A stretch of 64,000 nucleotides of DNA from assembly GCA_040080965.1 (NCBI GenBank), contig JBEBHH010000004.1, forward strand, positions 42,170 to 106,169, written 5' to 3'. The notes beneath the pieces were generated by a model. That model saw only the letters and a list, made by a program, of their open reading frames with translations, did not search any database and had not been told where the DNA came from. Positions 8,873-17,854 of the stretch are shown here, one piece after another. Positions within the stretch are counted from its first letter, which is position 1. Every line of letters starts with the position of its first letter. The stretch comes from Gammaproteobacteria bacterium. GTDB taxonomy: Bacteria > Pseudomonadota > Gammaproteobacteria > Steroidobacterales > GCA-2729495. The position numbers were made by a program, and so were the translations under genes.

Positions 8873-9778
8873 ATGCTTTCCTTCCTGCCACCGATCCTCC
8901 GCGCACTGGTCGCCGCAACGGCACTGGGCATCAACACGCTGCTCTGGTGCTCGCTGCTCTTCGTCTTCGCCCTGCTTCGCCTGGTGCTGCCGTTCCACGC
9001 GGCGCGGAAGGCGCTGGACCCGGTGCTCAACTGGATTGCGAACCGGTGGGTCACCGGCAACACGTGGTGGATGCGCCTCACCCAGCCGACCGTCTGGGAC
9101 GTGCAGGGGCTGGAGCAGTTCACTTACCGGGGCTGGTACATGGTCAACTGCAACCACCAGTCCTGGGTGGACATCTTCGTCCTCCAGAGCGTGTTCAACG
9201 GCCGCATACCGCTGCTCAAGTTCTTCCTGAAGCAGCAGCTTATCTGGGTACCTGTCATGGGCCTCGCCTGGTGGGCGCTCGATTTCCCGTTCATGCGGCG
9301 GCACTCGGACCAGGTCCTGCGGAAGCATCCGGAGAAACGGCTTGAGGACCTGGAGACCACCCGGCGCGCCTGTGCGAAGTTCGCGCTGGTGCCCACCAGT
9401 GTGATGAACTTCGTCGAGGGCACCCGCTTCACGCCCGCCAAGCGCGCGGCGCAGAACTCGCCCTACCAGCACCTGCTGAAGCCCAAGGCCGGCGGCCTCG
9501 CCCTCGCCTTGCATGCGCTGGGCCACCGCTTCGACTCGCTGATCGACGTGACCATCGTCTATCCCGGCGGCGCCCCCACCTTCTGGCAGTTCCTGCGCGG
9601 TGATCTCCGGAAGGTCGTCGTGCGCATCGAGCGGCTGCCCATTCCGGCGGAGTTCAGCGCGGGCGACTACTCGGGTGACCCGGTGGTGCGCAAGCAGGTC
9701 CAGCGCTGGCTCCACGAGCAGTGGGCGCGCAAGGATGCGTTGATCGGCCAGGTCCTCGCCGAGTCACAGCGGGCGTGA
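8873..9778 (+). CDS. Lysophospholipid/1-acylglycerol-3-phosphate acyltransferase family protein (YihG-like)
   Basis: N-terminal TM segments, HX4D motif NHQSWVDI and FVEGTRF block. 301 aa. Confidence 0.8.
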   Translation: MLSFLPPILRALVAATALGINTLLWCSLLFVFALLRLVLPFHAARKALDPVLNWIANRWVTGNTWWMRLTQPTVWDVQGLEQFTYRGWYMVNCNHQSWVDIFVLQSVFNGRIPLLKFFLKQQLIWVPVMGLAWWALDFPFMRRHSDQVLRKHPEKRLEDLETTRRACAKFALVPTSVMNFVEGTRFTPAKRAAQNSPYQHLLKPKAGGLALALHALGHRFDSLIDVTIVYPGGAPTFWQFLRGDLRKVVVRIERLPIPAEFSAGDYSGDPVVRKQVQRWLHEQWARKDALIGQVLAESQRA

Positions 9779-9782
9779 TCAC

Positions 9783-10838
9783 GTGACGATGAATGCGCTG
9801 GTCAACAGGCAGTGGCGGGTCGCGCGCTACCCGCGTCCCGACGAGGTAATCGGCCCGCAGCACTTCGAGTGGACCAGCGAGCCGGTCCAGCAGCCAGCCG
9901 ACGGCGAGTTCCTCGTGCGGACGCTGTGCCTTGCGCCGGTGCCGGCCCAGCGCGGCTACCTGGAGAAGAGCCACCACTCCTTCCTCGAGAACCTGGCGCT
10001 GGGCGAGGTGATGCGCGGCCGGGGCGTGGGCGAGATCGTCGCCTCGCGCCACCCGGACTATCGCGCCGGCGAGATCTTCGTCGGGTCGCTGGGCTGGCAG
10101 GACTATTCCATCCAGCGCCCGCGGGGTGCCGAGTTCGTCTTCAGCACGAAGAAGGTCACGCACCCCGTGAAGCCCCTGTCGGGCGAGCTTGGGGTCCTTG
10201 GCCAGGCAGGAGCAACGGCGTACTTCGGGCTGCTGGAGGTGGGCGCCCTGAAAACGGGCGACAACGTGCTGGTCTCGGCGGCGGCGGGCGGCGTCGGCTC
10301 GGTCGCAGGGCAGATCGCCCGGATCCGGGGCGCGAAGCTCGTCGTGGGCACTGCCGGGTCGGATGCCAAGTGCCGCTGGCTGCGCGAGGAGCTGGGCTTC
10401 CACGCCACCATCAACTACCGCACCGAGGACGTCGCCGCACGCCTCGCCGAACTGTTTCCCGACGGCATCGACGTGTTCTTCGACAACGTGGGCGGGGACA
10501 TCCTGAACGCCGGCCTGGGCCGCCTGGCCATGCATGCACGCATCGTGATCTGCGGCTTCATCGCCAGCGACTACTCGCCCGGGCCGCACCAGGGGCCGAT
10601 CAACTACCAGTGCATGGTCTACAAGCGCGCGCGAATGGAAGGCTTCGTCGTTTTCGACTACTGGAACCGCTACGGCGAGGCCGAGCGGGACCTCCGCGCC
10701 TGGCACCGCGACGGCCAGCTGAAGATCGCAGAGGACATCGACGAGGGGCTGGAGAAGATGCCCCTGTCCCTGGCGAGCCTTTTCACCGGCGGCAATACCG
10801 GCGTGAAGATCTGCCGCGTGGCCCCGGATCCCCTTTAA
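9783..10838 (+). CDS. NADP-dependent oxidoreductase, medium-chain dehydrogenase/reductase family (CurA/YncB-type alkenal/one reductase-like)
   Basis: Nucleotide-binding block VSAAAGGVGSVAGQIARIRGAKLVVGTAGS. Overall length 351 aa. GTG at 9783, with an alternative ATG at 9789. Confidence 0.8.
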   Translation: MTMNALVNRQWRVARYPRPDEVIGPQHFEWTSEPVQQPADGEFLVRTLCLAPVPAQRGYLEKSHHSFLENLALGEVMRGRGVGEIVASRHPDYRAGEIFVGSLGWQDYSIQRPRGAEFVFSTKKVTHPVKPLSGELGVLGQAGATAYFGLLEVGALKTGDNVLVSAAAGGVGSVAGQIARIRGAKLVVGTAGSDAKCRWLREELGFHATINYRTEDVAARLAELFPDGIDVFFDNVGGDILNAGLGRLAMHARIVICGFIASDYSPGPHQGPINYQCMVYKRARMEGFVVFDYWNRYGEAERDLRAWHRDGQLKIAEDIDEGLEKMPLSLASLFTGGNTGVKICRVAPDPL

Positions 10839-11869
10839 CGCAGCTTCGGCATCACCTTCTCGGCGAACAGCCGCGTCTGGCCGATCATGGCCTCCTGCCG
10901 GGCGCCGTGGGGCGTCGGCACGGGCGAGCCGCCGAGCAGGTTCACGTGGTCGAGGCCCAGGCCGATCAGGGCCTGCAGCCGGTCGAGGCACTTGGCCGGC
11001 GGGCCACAGATGGAGAACCAGTCCACGAACTGGTCGTCCACCATCTGCAGGTGCTCGCCCTCGTTCTGTGCGTGCCGGGCCATGTCGTAGCCCGACTTCA
11101 TCTTCACCGCCAGGTCCTTGAGCTGGGGCGGCAGGTGCTCGACGGGCGAGTCCTTCATGCCCGCGAAGTGCGCGACCATGCCGGAAATCATGCGGCCCAG
11201 GTTGATGGCGCGCTTCTCGTCGGGATCGCAGACCAGGTTGACGTAGGCGCCGACGCTGAGCGTGGCCCGGTCCCGGCCGGTCTCCTTCAGCCGCGCATGC
11301 AGGGTCTTCAGTGCCCAGTCGATGCGCTCGGGGGCGCTGCCCACCGCGAAGGTCACGCGATCGGCGATGTCGGCGGCCATGCGGATGGTGGCCGGACCCG
11401 TGCAGGCCAGGTCCAGCGGCACGGCAGGCAACCCGCCGGGCTCCAGCCAGCGCATGCGGCTGGCGGTCTCGCCACGCATCACGGTCTCGCCACGAAGGTA
11501 ACCCCGCACCTGTTCGACGTACGTGCGCAGTTGCGCCGTCGTGGCGTTACGCTGGCCGATGTGGGCCGCCGAGGAATCGCCTCGCCCGATGCCGCAGCGG
11601 GCCCGGCCGCCGGACTCGACCTGCAGTGTCGCGAGGGCGCCGGCCGTTACCGACGAATCGCGCGTCACGGGATTGGTGACGCCCGTGCCGAGAAACAGGC
11701 GCGTCGTGCGCGCGGCGGCCAGGCTCAGCTGGCCGTAGGGCTCGGGGCTGAGGCACTGGGTGTCCGGGCACAGCAGGGCGTCGAAGCCCATGGCCTCGAT
11801 CTCCACGGCGAGGCGCGCCGTATAGCCCGCCGACGGTTCCATCACGATGCCAAATTCGGTCCTGGCCAT
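10835..11869 (-). CDS. LLM-class F420/flavin-dependent oxidoreductase
   Basis: Only the C-terminal 344 aa of the 813-aa track ORF look real: MARTEFGIVMEPSAGYTARLAVEIEAMGFDALLCPD..GIGRGDSS..SICGPPAKCLDRLQALIGLGLDHVNL. The ATG at 11869 is in frame. The upstream part of the track ORF is a shadow of the MFS gene. Confidence 0.8.
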   Translation of the reverse strand: MARTEFGIVMEPSAGYTARLAVEIEAMGFDALLCPDTQCLSPEPYGQLSLAAARTTRLFLGTGVTNPVTRDSSVTAGALATLQVESGGRARCGIGRGDSSAAHIGQRNATTAQLRTYVEQVRGYLRGETVMRGETASRMRWLEPGGLPAVPLDLACTGPATIRMAADIADRVTFAVGSAPERIDWALKTLHARLKETGRDRATLSVGAYVNLVCDPDEKRAINLGRMISGMVAHFAGMKDSPVEHLPPQLKDLAVKMKSGYDMARHAQNEGEHLQMVDDQFVDWFSICGPPAKCLDRLQALIGLGLDHVNLLGGSPVPTPHGARQEAMIGQTRLFAEKVMPKLR

Positions 11870-11886
11870 GGGTCCGTTCGCTCCCG

Positions 11887-13254
11887 TCAGTGAATTCCGG
11901 CGCCGATCATCGTCGAGGACCGCGCCTCGGTGGGGTCGTATTTCACCGGGCGGCCACTCCTCAGCCAGACGAAAAGGGCAAAGGCAAACGCAGCCAGGTT
12001 CGCCGCGCCCACCAGGATGATCGGCCCGGAGATCCGCCAGTAGTCGAACAGGTAACCACCGGCAAAGCTCGTGATGAGGATACCCAGTGAGCCGCAGAAT
12101 CCGGCCAGGCCGATGACCGAGCCGCGGACGTCCAGCGGCGTCTCCTGGCCGAGGAGTCCCGTGACGGAGAGGATGACGCTCATCTGGCCCATGCCTACCA
12201 GGACGCAGCCCAGGTACCCCACGGGCGAGAACGGCTGTTCCTGCAGGCCGAGCAGCGTGTACCCCACGGCGCCCAGGAGCAGCGCCGCGACCACGCAGGC
12301 CAGCCGGTGGAAGCGGTCGATCAGCACGCCGGCAACCGGCGCCCACAACAGCGCCGATCCCTGGATCAGGGCGAACATCAGGCCCGCCTTGGCGAGGGCC
12401 TCGGGCCCGTCGAGCCCCTCGTCCCGCCCCACCCGCTGCAGCCACAGGGACACGAACGTGGCAACCAGCGTGAGGTCGGCGCGTGAGATGAATGAGCCTG
12501 CGTAGCAGACCAGCAGGCGCGGATTGTCCCGGCCCTGCCGGATGCCGATCTGCAGGATCCGCGGCAGGCTCATCCGGGTGCTCCTGCCCGTTGGCGTGCC
12601 ACCTTTCAGTCCCAACTGCATGACCATCGCCGTGACGGCTGCGAGTCCCGCCATCACGAACAGCATGTAACGACCGGCCTCGGCGCTGCTCATTCCCTGC
12701 GCCTTGAAGATCGTGGGCAGGGCGGCGAAGAGCGCCGTGGCGAGGCCGATCCCGAGGCCATTGAGCACGCCGGAGACGCCGGCGATCTTGCCGCGCGACT
12801 TCTCCGCCGGGTAGTCGGCCGCCGTCACGGCGATCATCACGCCCACGAAGGCCAGGCCGATGGCGTACACGAAGCGGCCCACGTAGAGGTCGCCGACGGT
12901 GCTGGCAATACCGTAGACCGCGAATCCGGCACCGGCGATGAGGGTGCCCGTGGCGTAGAGCGGCCGGCGTCCGACCCGGTCGGAAAGCCCGCCCGCGAAG
13001 CTGACCAGGGCCAGCACCACGATCTCGTGCATGGTGATGAGCAGGCCCGTCACCTGGCCGTGCCGCTCCGGCGGTATCCCGATGATCTCGGTCAGGACAT
13101 AGGGCTGGGAGAAACTCAGGAAACTGATCACCGGCATGATGGCCAGGCATACATATAAGTATGTCCAGGCGTTCAGGCCGCTCATGCCCGTGGCGAACTC
13201 CAAGGGGCCCAGTCGATAGCCCGGCGAGGCCGCGGCGGGAATGCTGTTGCTCAA
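11887..13254 (-). CDS. MFS transporter
   Basis: 455 aa, about 12 hydrophobic helices, and MFS loop motif GGLSDRVGRRPL between TM2 and TM3. Confidence 0.85.
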   Translation of the reverse strand: MSNSIPAAASPGYRLGPLEFATGMSGLNAWTYLYVCLAIMPVISFLSFSQPYVLTEIIGIPPERHGQVTGLLITMHEIVVLALVSFAGGLSDRVGRRPLYATGTLIAGAGFAVYGIASTVGDLYVGRFVYAIGLAFVGVMIAVTAADYPAEKSRGKIAGVSGVLNGLGIGLATALFAALPTIFKAQGMSSAEAGRYMLFVMAGLAAVTAMVMQLGLKGGTPTGRSTRMSLPRILQIGIRQGRDNPRLLVCYAGSFISRADLTLVATFVSLWLQRVGRDEGLDGPEALAKAGLMFALIQGSALLWAPVAGVLIDRFHRLACVVAALLLGAVGYTLLGLQEQPFSPVGYLGCVLVGMGQMSVILSVTGLLGQETPLDVRGSVIGLAGFCGSLGILITSFAGGYLFDYWRISGPIILVGAANLAAFAFALFVWLRSGRPVKYDPTEARSSTMIGAGIH

Positions 13255-13300
13255 GTTCCTTGGTCTCCCCGTCCACCGGGAGGTCGCCGGCGACGGTCGA

Positions 13301-13338
13301 GTATCGCCCAGAAGGCCGGCCCGCGGCCGGGGCGATAC
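13301..13338. promoter_or_regulatory. Nested inverted repeat in the divergent MFS / operon promoter region
   Basis: GTATCGCCC (13301-13309) pairs with GGGCGATAC (13330-13338). The inner CCGGCC (13316-13321) pairs with GGCCGG (13325-13330). Confidence 0.35.
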
Positions 13339-13402
13339 ACTTTGTTACAGTGAGGCCAACAGGCGGCGACTAGTCTTGCCCCAACCACCAGGGAGAACAC
13401 CC

Positions 13403-14248
13403 GTGAAGAAAGAAGCCAAGATCCGCCCCTTCTGGTACTCCGACGTCTGGCTGTTCCCCAAGCTCATCACGATCATTACCAGCCTCGACAAGGACGGCAA
13501 GGTCAACGCCGCGCCCTACTCCCACATCATGCAGTACGACGTGATGGCCAAGAACCCGCGCATGATCGTCGGCTTCCGCCAGGACTCCCACACGTTCCAG
13601 AACATCTGCGAGACGAAGCAGTTCGTCGTCAATTGCCCGACCGCCGACTACCTGGACGACATGATGGAGACGGCACGGTTCTACCCGGAGGGCGTCAACG
13701 AACTCGAACACACCCGCTTCACGATGATTCCGTCTCTCCACGTGAAGCCACCCTCCATCAAGGAGTGCCCGCAGATCGCCGAGTGCGAGGCGGAGGAGAT
13801 CGTCCGCCTGGAAAAGAGCAGCGGCATCGTGATCGCGAAGATCAAGGCGCTGGTCTTCGATGAGGAGCTCATCGACATGGGGCGCGAGGAGCGCATCCGC
13901 AAGATGAACCTGCCCATCGGCCTGGGCGATGAGGACCGCCAGGACTACTTCCACACCACGCTGGGGCACATCTCGATGCACCAGCTGGGTGAGGCACCGG
14001 ACGCGTTCAAGGGCGGCGAAGTGCGCCTTGGCATGACCTGGGATGCGGACGCCCTGCAGTCACTGATGACGATCCCGCCCATGGTGCGCAAGATGGTGAC
14101 GGACCAGACGGAGGAGTACTGCCGGTCGAAGGGTGACGACAAAGTCACCCACGCCCGCTTCACCCAGTACTCCATCGAGCAGGGCATGACGCCCGAGCTC
14201 ATGGAGCGGTTCCAGAAGAAGAAGAGGGCGGCAGGGGGACAGACTTAA
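13403..14248 (+). CDS. Flavin-reductase-like (FMN-binding split-barrel) protein with PCP_red-like C-terminal tail
   Basis: Start moved to the GTG at 13403 (in frame with the track ORF, GGGAGA 7 nt upstream). LITIITSLDKDGKVNAAPYS..TFQNICETKQFVVNCP resembles PF01613-type reductases. The tail is LGMTWDADALQSLMTIPPMVRKMVTDQTEEYCRSKGDDKVTHARF. Confidence 0.65.
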   Translation: MKKEAKIRPFWYSDVWLFPKLITIITSLDKDGKVNAAPYSHIMQYDVMAKNPRMIVGFRQDSHTFQNICETKQFVVNCPTADYLDDMMETARFYPEGVNELEHTRFTMIPSLHVKPPSIKECPQIAECEAEEIVRLEKSSGIVIAKIKALVFDEELIDMGREERIRKMNLPIGLGDEDRQDYFHTTLGHISMHQLGEAPDAFKGGEVRLGMTWDADALQSLMTIPPMVRKMVTDQTEEYCRSKGDDKVTHARFTQYSIEQGMTPELMERFQKKKRAAGGQT

Positions 14249-14259
14249 AGTCTGTCCCC
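14235..14259 (+). other. Perfect 11-bp stem hairpin with the TAA stop codon of the preceding gene as its loop
   Basis: GGGGACAGACT-TAA-AGTCTGTCCCC read directly. No U-tract follows (TCCCAAATCTATG). It lies between genes 1 and 2 of the operon. Confidence 0.6.
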
Positions 14260-14269
14260 TCCCAAATCT

Positions 14270-15205
14270 ATGTGGCGTTTTATACGACAGAGCATGCTGA
14301 TCCTCGCCGTTCTCGGCGTCGTGGGACTCGGGTTCGCCCTCTGGGCCTACCAGGACATTCCCGCCGCCGAACTCGAGGCCCGGTATGCGGGGCCCGCGTC
14401 ACGCTTCATCAACATCGACGGCGTCCGCATGCATTACCGCGACGAGGGCACCGGCCCCGTCGTGGTGCTCTTCCACGCCAACTTCTCCAACCTGATCGAC
14501 TGGGATCCCTGGGTGGACGCCCTCAAGGACCGGTACCGGGTGGTGCGCGTCGACATGACCAGCCACGGGCTGACCGGCCCGGATCCAACAGGCGACTACA
14601 CCCTGCCCCGCACCCTGGCGCTGACCGAGCGCTTCATCGATGCCCTCGGGATCGAAAAGGCGACGCTCGGCGGCACGTCCCTCGGCGGCACCGTCGCCAT
14701 TCACTACACGGCGCGGCACCCCGAGCGCGTGGAGCGCCTGATCCTGCTCAGCCCCGGGTCCCTCGAAGGCAAGGAAAAGATGCGCACCGGCGGCGTGCCG
14801 AAAGTTGGCTACGTACTCAAGTACATCCTGCCCCGCGCCCTGCCCGAGTCGATGCTGCGCAGTGGTTTCGGCCCGCCGGCCGAGCCGCCCAAGGAGCTGG
14901 TGGACCGCTGGTACGACATGTGGATGCGCGAGGGCCAGCGCGAAGCGCAGCTGGACCGGCTCTCCCAGTACGTGGCGGGCGACATCGAGGGCCTGGTGCG
15001 CTCCATCCGGGTCCCCGTGCTGCTGCTCTGGGGCGAGGCCAACTCGACGGCCAAGTTCGAGCAGTCGGTCGAGTTCCGTGAACTGCTCAAGGACACCCCG
15101 TCGCTGACCTTCATCAGCTACCCCGGCGTCGGGCACATGGCCGTGGAGCAGGCCGGCGCCGAGATCGGCAGGGACGTGCGCGCCTGGCTAGACACGCCGA
15201 TCTGA
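14270..15205 (+). CDS. Membrane-anchored alpha/beta hydrolase
   Basis: N-terminal TM anchor MLILAVLGVVGLGFALWAY, HANFS oxyanion region, nucleophile elbow GGTSLGG and C-terminal GVGHM histidine. Confidence 0.8.
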   Translation: MWRFIRQSMLILAVLGVVGLGFALWAYQDIPAAELEARYAGPASRFINIDGVRMHYRDEGTGPVVVLFHANFSNLIDWDPWVDALKDRYRVVRVDMTSHGLTGPDPTGDYTLPRTLALTERFIDALGIEKATLGGTSLGGTVAIHYTARHPERVERLILLSPGSLEGKEKMRTGGVPKVGYVLKYILPRALPESMLRSGFGPPAEPPKELVDRWYDMWMREGQREAQLDRLSQYVAGDIEGLVRSIRVPVLLLWGEANSTAKFEQSVEFRELLKDTPSLTFISYPGVGHMAVEQAGAEIGRDVRAWLDTPI

Positions 15206-16227
15206 TGCGGGTCGACGTCATCCTGGACCCTGGCACTTCGCCCTGGGAGGTGAAGGAGCTGGGACTGCTGGCCGAGCGCTACGGCATCAACGCCGTGTGG
15301 AGCTCCAACTACCCCTCCTCCCGGGACCCCTTCCTCACCCTGGCCCCGCTCGCCCTGGCCTCCACGAGCATCCGGCTTGGACCGCTGGTGGTCACGGCCT
15401 ACGAGCAGCATCCCTTCAAGACCGCCAAGGCACTGGCGACCCTCAACGAGCTCTGCCACGGCCGCGCCAACATCCTGATCGGCGGCCCCACTGGCGTGAA
15501 CGCCGCGATGGGCATGGGCGTCGAGCGCATGGTGGGCCGGGTCAGGGAGAGCGTGGAGGTAGTCAGGGCCGCCGGGCCCGACCGGCCGCTCAACTACAAG
15601 GGCAAGATCTTCCAGGTGTGGAACTACCAGCCCACGTGGGCGACCGACGCGCCACCGCGCGTCTACGTGGGCGCCAACAAACCCCAGATGATGCGCATGG
15701 CCGCCGGCGTCGCCGACCACATCATGGTGGGCGACCCCCTGCCCCGCCGCTTCGCGAGCACGATGACGATGCTCGACGGGTACCTGGCCGAGGCGGGGCG
15801 CACGCGCCGGCAGGTGACCGTGAGTGGCCTGGTAGCCTGGCACGTCAAGGCGGATCGGGCGCACTCGATCGCCGAGGCGCGCCAGCAGCTCGCACTGCGG
15901 GGCATGCTGGATCCCTGGTACCTGGAGGAATTCCTGACCCCCGACGAGTGCAGCCTGGTGGACAGCAACCGCAATGCCTTCTTCAAGGCCTACAAGAACC
16001 GGACGGACGTGGTGCCTGGCGTGCCCGAGGCCGTGCTGCAGAAGCTGGTGGACAACCTGAGCCTGGCCGGCACACCCGACGACCTGGACCAGCACATCGA
16101 GCGACTGCACGCCCTCGGCCGACTCGGACTGAACGAGGTGGCGCTGAAGCTGCACGAGGATCAGGCCGACGCCATCCGCCTGATCGGCGAGCGCGTAGTG
16201 CCGGCCCTCCAGCCGGAGGCTGCCTGA
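15205..16227 (+). CDS. LLM-class flavin/F420-dependent oxidoreductase (paralogue of 5791-6801)
   Basis: MRVDVILD..GINAVWSSNYPSSRDP..LNELCHGRANILIGG..VYVGANKPQMMRMAAGVADH..LIGERVVPAL. The ATG shares one nt with the hydrolase TGA (TGATG at 15203-15207). Confidence 0.8.
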   Translation: MRVDVILDPGTSPWEVKELGLLAERYGINAVWSSNYPSSRDPFLTLAPLALASTSIRLGPLVVTAYEQHPFKTAKALATLNELCHGRANILIGGPTGVNAAMGMGVERMVGRVRESVEVVRAAGPDRPLNYKGKIFQVWNYQPTWATDAPPRVYVGANKPQMMRMAAGVADHIMVGDPLPRRFASTMTMLDGYLAEAGRTRRQVTVSGLVAWHVKADRAHSIAEARQQLALRGMLDPWYLEEFLTPDECSLVDSNRNAFFKAYKNRTDVVPGVPEAVLQKLVDNLSLAGTPDDLDQHIERLHALGRLGLNEVALKLHEDQADAIRLIGERVVPALQPEAA

Positions 16228-16231
16228 CGGC

Positions 16232-17095
16232 ATGAACAGCGATATCGCGCCCGACAGCTTCGTCACGAGCCCGCTCCGGGACAACTGGTACCAGTCCAGT
16301 TCGTTCTACGGCTCGTCGTTCGCCCTCATCACCTCGGTCGACGAGGCCGGCGTCACGAGCATCGGCCCCTACCAGCTGAGCTTCCCGTTCGAGGTCATCA
16401 AGCGCCGTTCCTGGATGGTGATCAGCCGCCCGAGCTCCAACACCGTCGCGAATGTCCGCCGCACGCTGAAGTGCGCGCTTAACTTCGTCGAGTACGACCG
16501 GGCGCAGATCGAGACCATCCTGAAGTTCGGCTACCCGGGCCAGCCGCCCGCGGAGAAGATGGCCTACAACACCTTCACGCTGGTGGACAGCCCGACGCCG
16601 GGCCGGACCGGCCCCGGCCTGCCGCAGATCATCGGCGAGGCCTTCCAGGTGTTCGAATGCACGCTCGACGTCGACCGGATCGCAGCGAACCCGATCCTCC
16701 GGGACTCGGCGTCGGCCCACCTGCTGCTCAACATCGACAACATCCTCGTCAAGCAGCGCTGGAAGAGCCGGATCGACGGCAGCGGCGACGAAATGCCCCG
16801 CGTGCCGCTGACCTACGGCTTCCGGGGCGGCGCGACGTTCTGGTTCGGCGAGGCCGAGCCCGCCTACAAGCTGCCCATCCCGGACCTGGGCGCCCGGCAC
16901 GAGGTGGTGCACTACGAGGCCAACCGGATCGACGAGGTCGTGCGCTTCACGCTGGACGCGTCGAAGCAGCTCACGGGCATTCCCCGCCCGTTCCTGCGCC
17001 AGGTGCTGGAAGGCATCGTGCGGCAGGCCAGGGCGCGGGGAGTGACGGAGATCAGCCCGGAGTTCCTGGAACTGCTTAACAAGGAGCGGAAGTAG
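16232..17095 (+). CDS. Second flavin-reductase-like protein with PCP_red-like C-terminal tail
   Basis: FALITSVDEAGVTSIGPYQ..TVANVRRTLKCALNFV. The tail is VVRFTLDASKQLTGIPRPFLRQVLEGIVRQARARGVTEISPEFL. 4-nt gap after the LLM gene. Confidence 0.6.
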   Translation: MNSDIAPDSFVTSPLRDNWYQSSSFYGSSFALITSVDEAGVTSIGPYQLSFPFEVIKRRSWMVISRPSSNTVANVRRTLKCALNFVEYDRAQIETILKFGYPGQPPAEKMAYNTFTLVDSPTPGRTGPGLPQIIGEAFQVFECTLDVDRIAANPILRDSASAHLLLNIDNILVKQRWKSRIDGSGDEMPRVPLTYGFRGGATFWFGEAEPAYKLPIPDLGARHEVVHYEANRIDEVVRFTLDASKQLTGIPRPFLRQVLEGIVRQARARGVTEISPEFLELLNKERK

Positions 17096-17854
17096 ATGCT
17101 GTCCTACATCTTCCTGGCGTATGCCGTCGTCCACCTGGGCCTGCTGGCCTGGGGCTGGGGCCGATGGACGCCTGCCGGCCGCCCCGTGGCGCTGACCATC
17201 GCGCTGTTCGCGAACACCCTGCTCTGGTACGACAACTTCCGCATCGGCATGGGCCGGTTCATCGGCGAGGGCGACCTGCTCTACAACCTGAGCATCCCCG
17301 CCTTCTTCTGGCACTGGACCATGCTGCCGCTGTTCGTGATCGTCGCCGGCTCGATCGCCCGGCTCGCCGGACTCGAGTGGGCGCGGAGCCGGCTGGTCAT
17401 GGGGCTGTTCTGCCTGGTGGCGGTCGGCCTGTTCGCCAAGGACCTGCCCTACACCGTCGGCCTCCTGTTCGGTGAGACGGGACCGATGCCGGCCGTCGAA
17501 CTGCGGCCGGCCTGCATCGCGGACACGGTGCGCTACTCCACCAAGGTCTCGGCCAGCCAGTTCTGCGGGCCCGAGGCCACTGTGTTCCGCAACGGCCCCA
17601 GTTCGCTGCCGGCCATCGTCATGAACGTCATCATGGTGGCCGTCGGTATCGCGCTGTGGATCCGCCACCGCTGGAAATGGCTGGTGATCGGACCCGGCCT
17701 GATGTTCATCGCCGCGGGCGGCGCCCCCTTGTGGGGCGCGTACATGCTGCCGGTGGCCAACTTCGGCGAGATACTGTTCACGGCGGGTGTGCTGGTCACC
17801 ATCCTCCGGTTCAGTCCCGGCCGGGCACTTGCCCGTGGAGGCACGCAGACGTGA
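17096..17854 (+). CDS. Polytopic membrane protein, family not recognised
   Basis: 252 aa, about 6 hydrophobic helices. The ATG directly abuts the preceding TAG. Confidence 0.6.
   Translation: MLSYIFLAYAVVHLGLLAWGWGRWTPAGRPVALTIALFANTLLWYDNFRIGMGRFIGEGDLLYNLSIPAFFWHWTMLPLFVIVAGSIARLAGLEWARSRLVMGLFCLVAVGLFAKDLPYTVGLLFGETGPMPAVELRPACIADTVRYSTKVSASQFCGPEATVFRNGPSSLPAIVMNVIMVAVGIALWIRHRWKWLVIGPGLMFIAAGGAPLWGAYMLPVANFGEILFTAGVLVTILRFSPGRALARGGTQT

Noticed and set aside
10835-13276. 813-aa track ORF that looks like a large fusion protein
   Set aside because: Only the C-terminal 344 aa (from the ATG at 11869) have LLM-oxidoreductase character. The N-terminal 469 aa overlap the MFS transporter gene in another frame and are low-complexity Arg/Gly/Pro.
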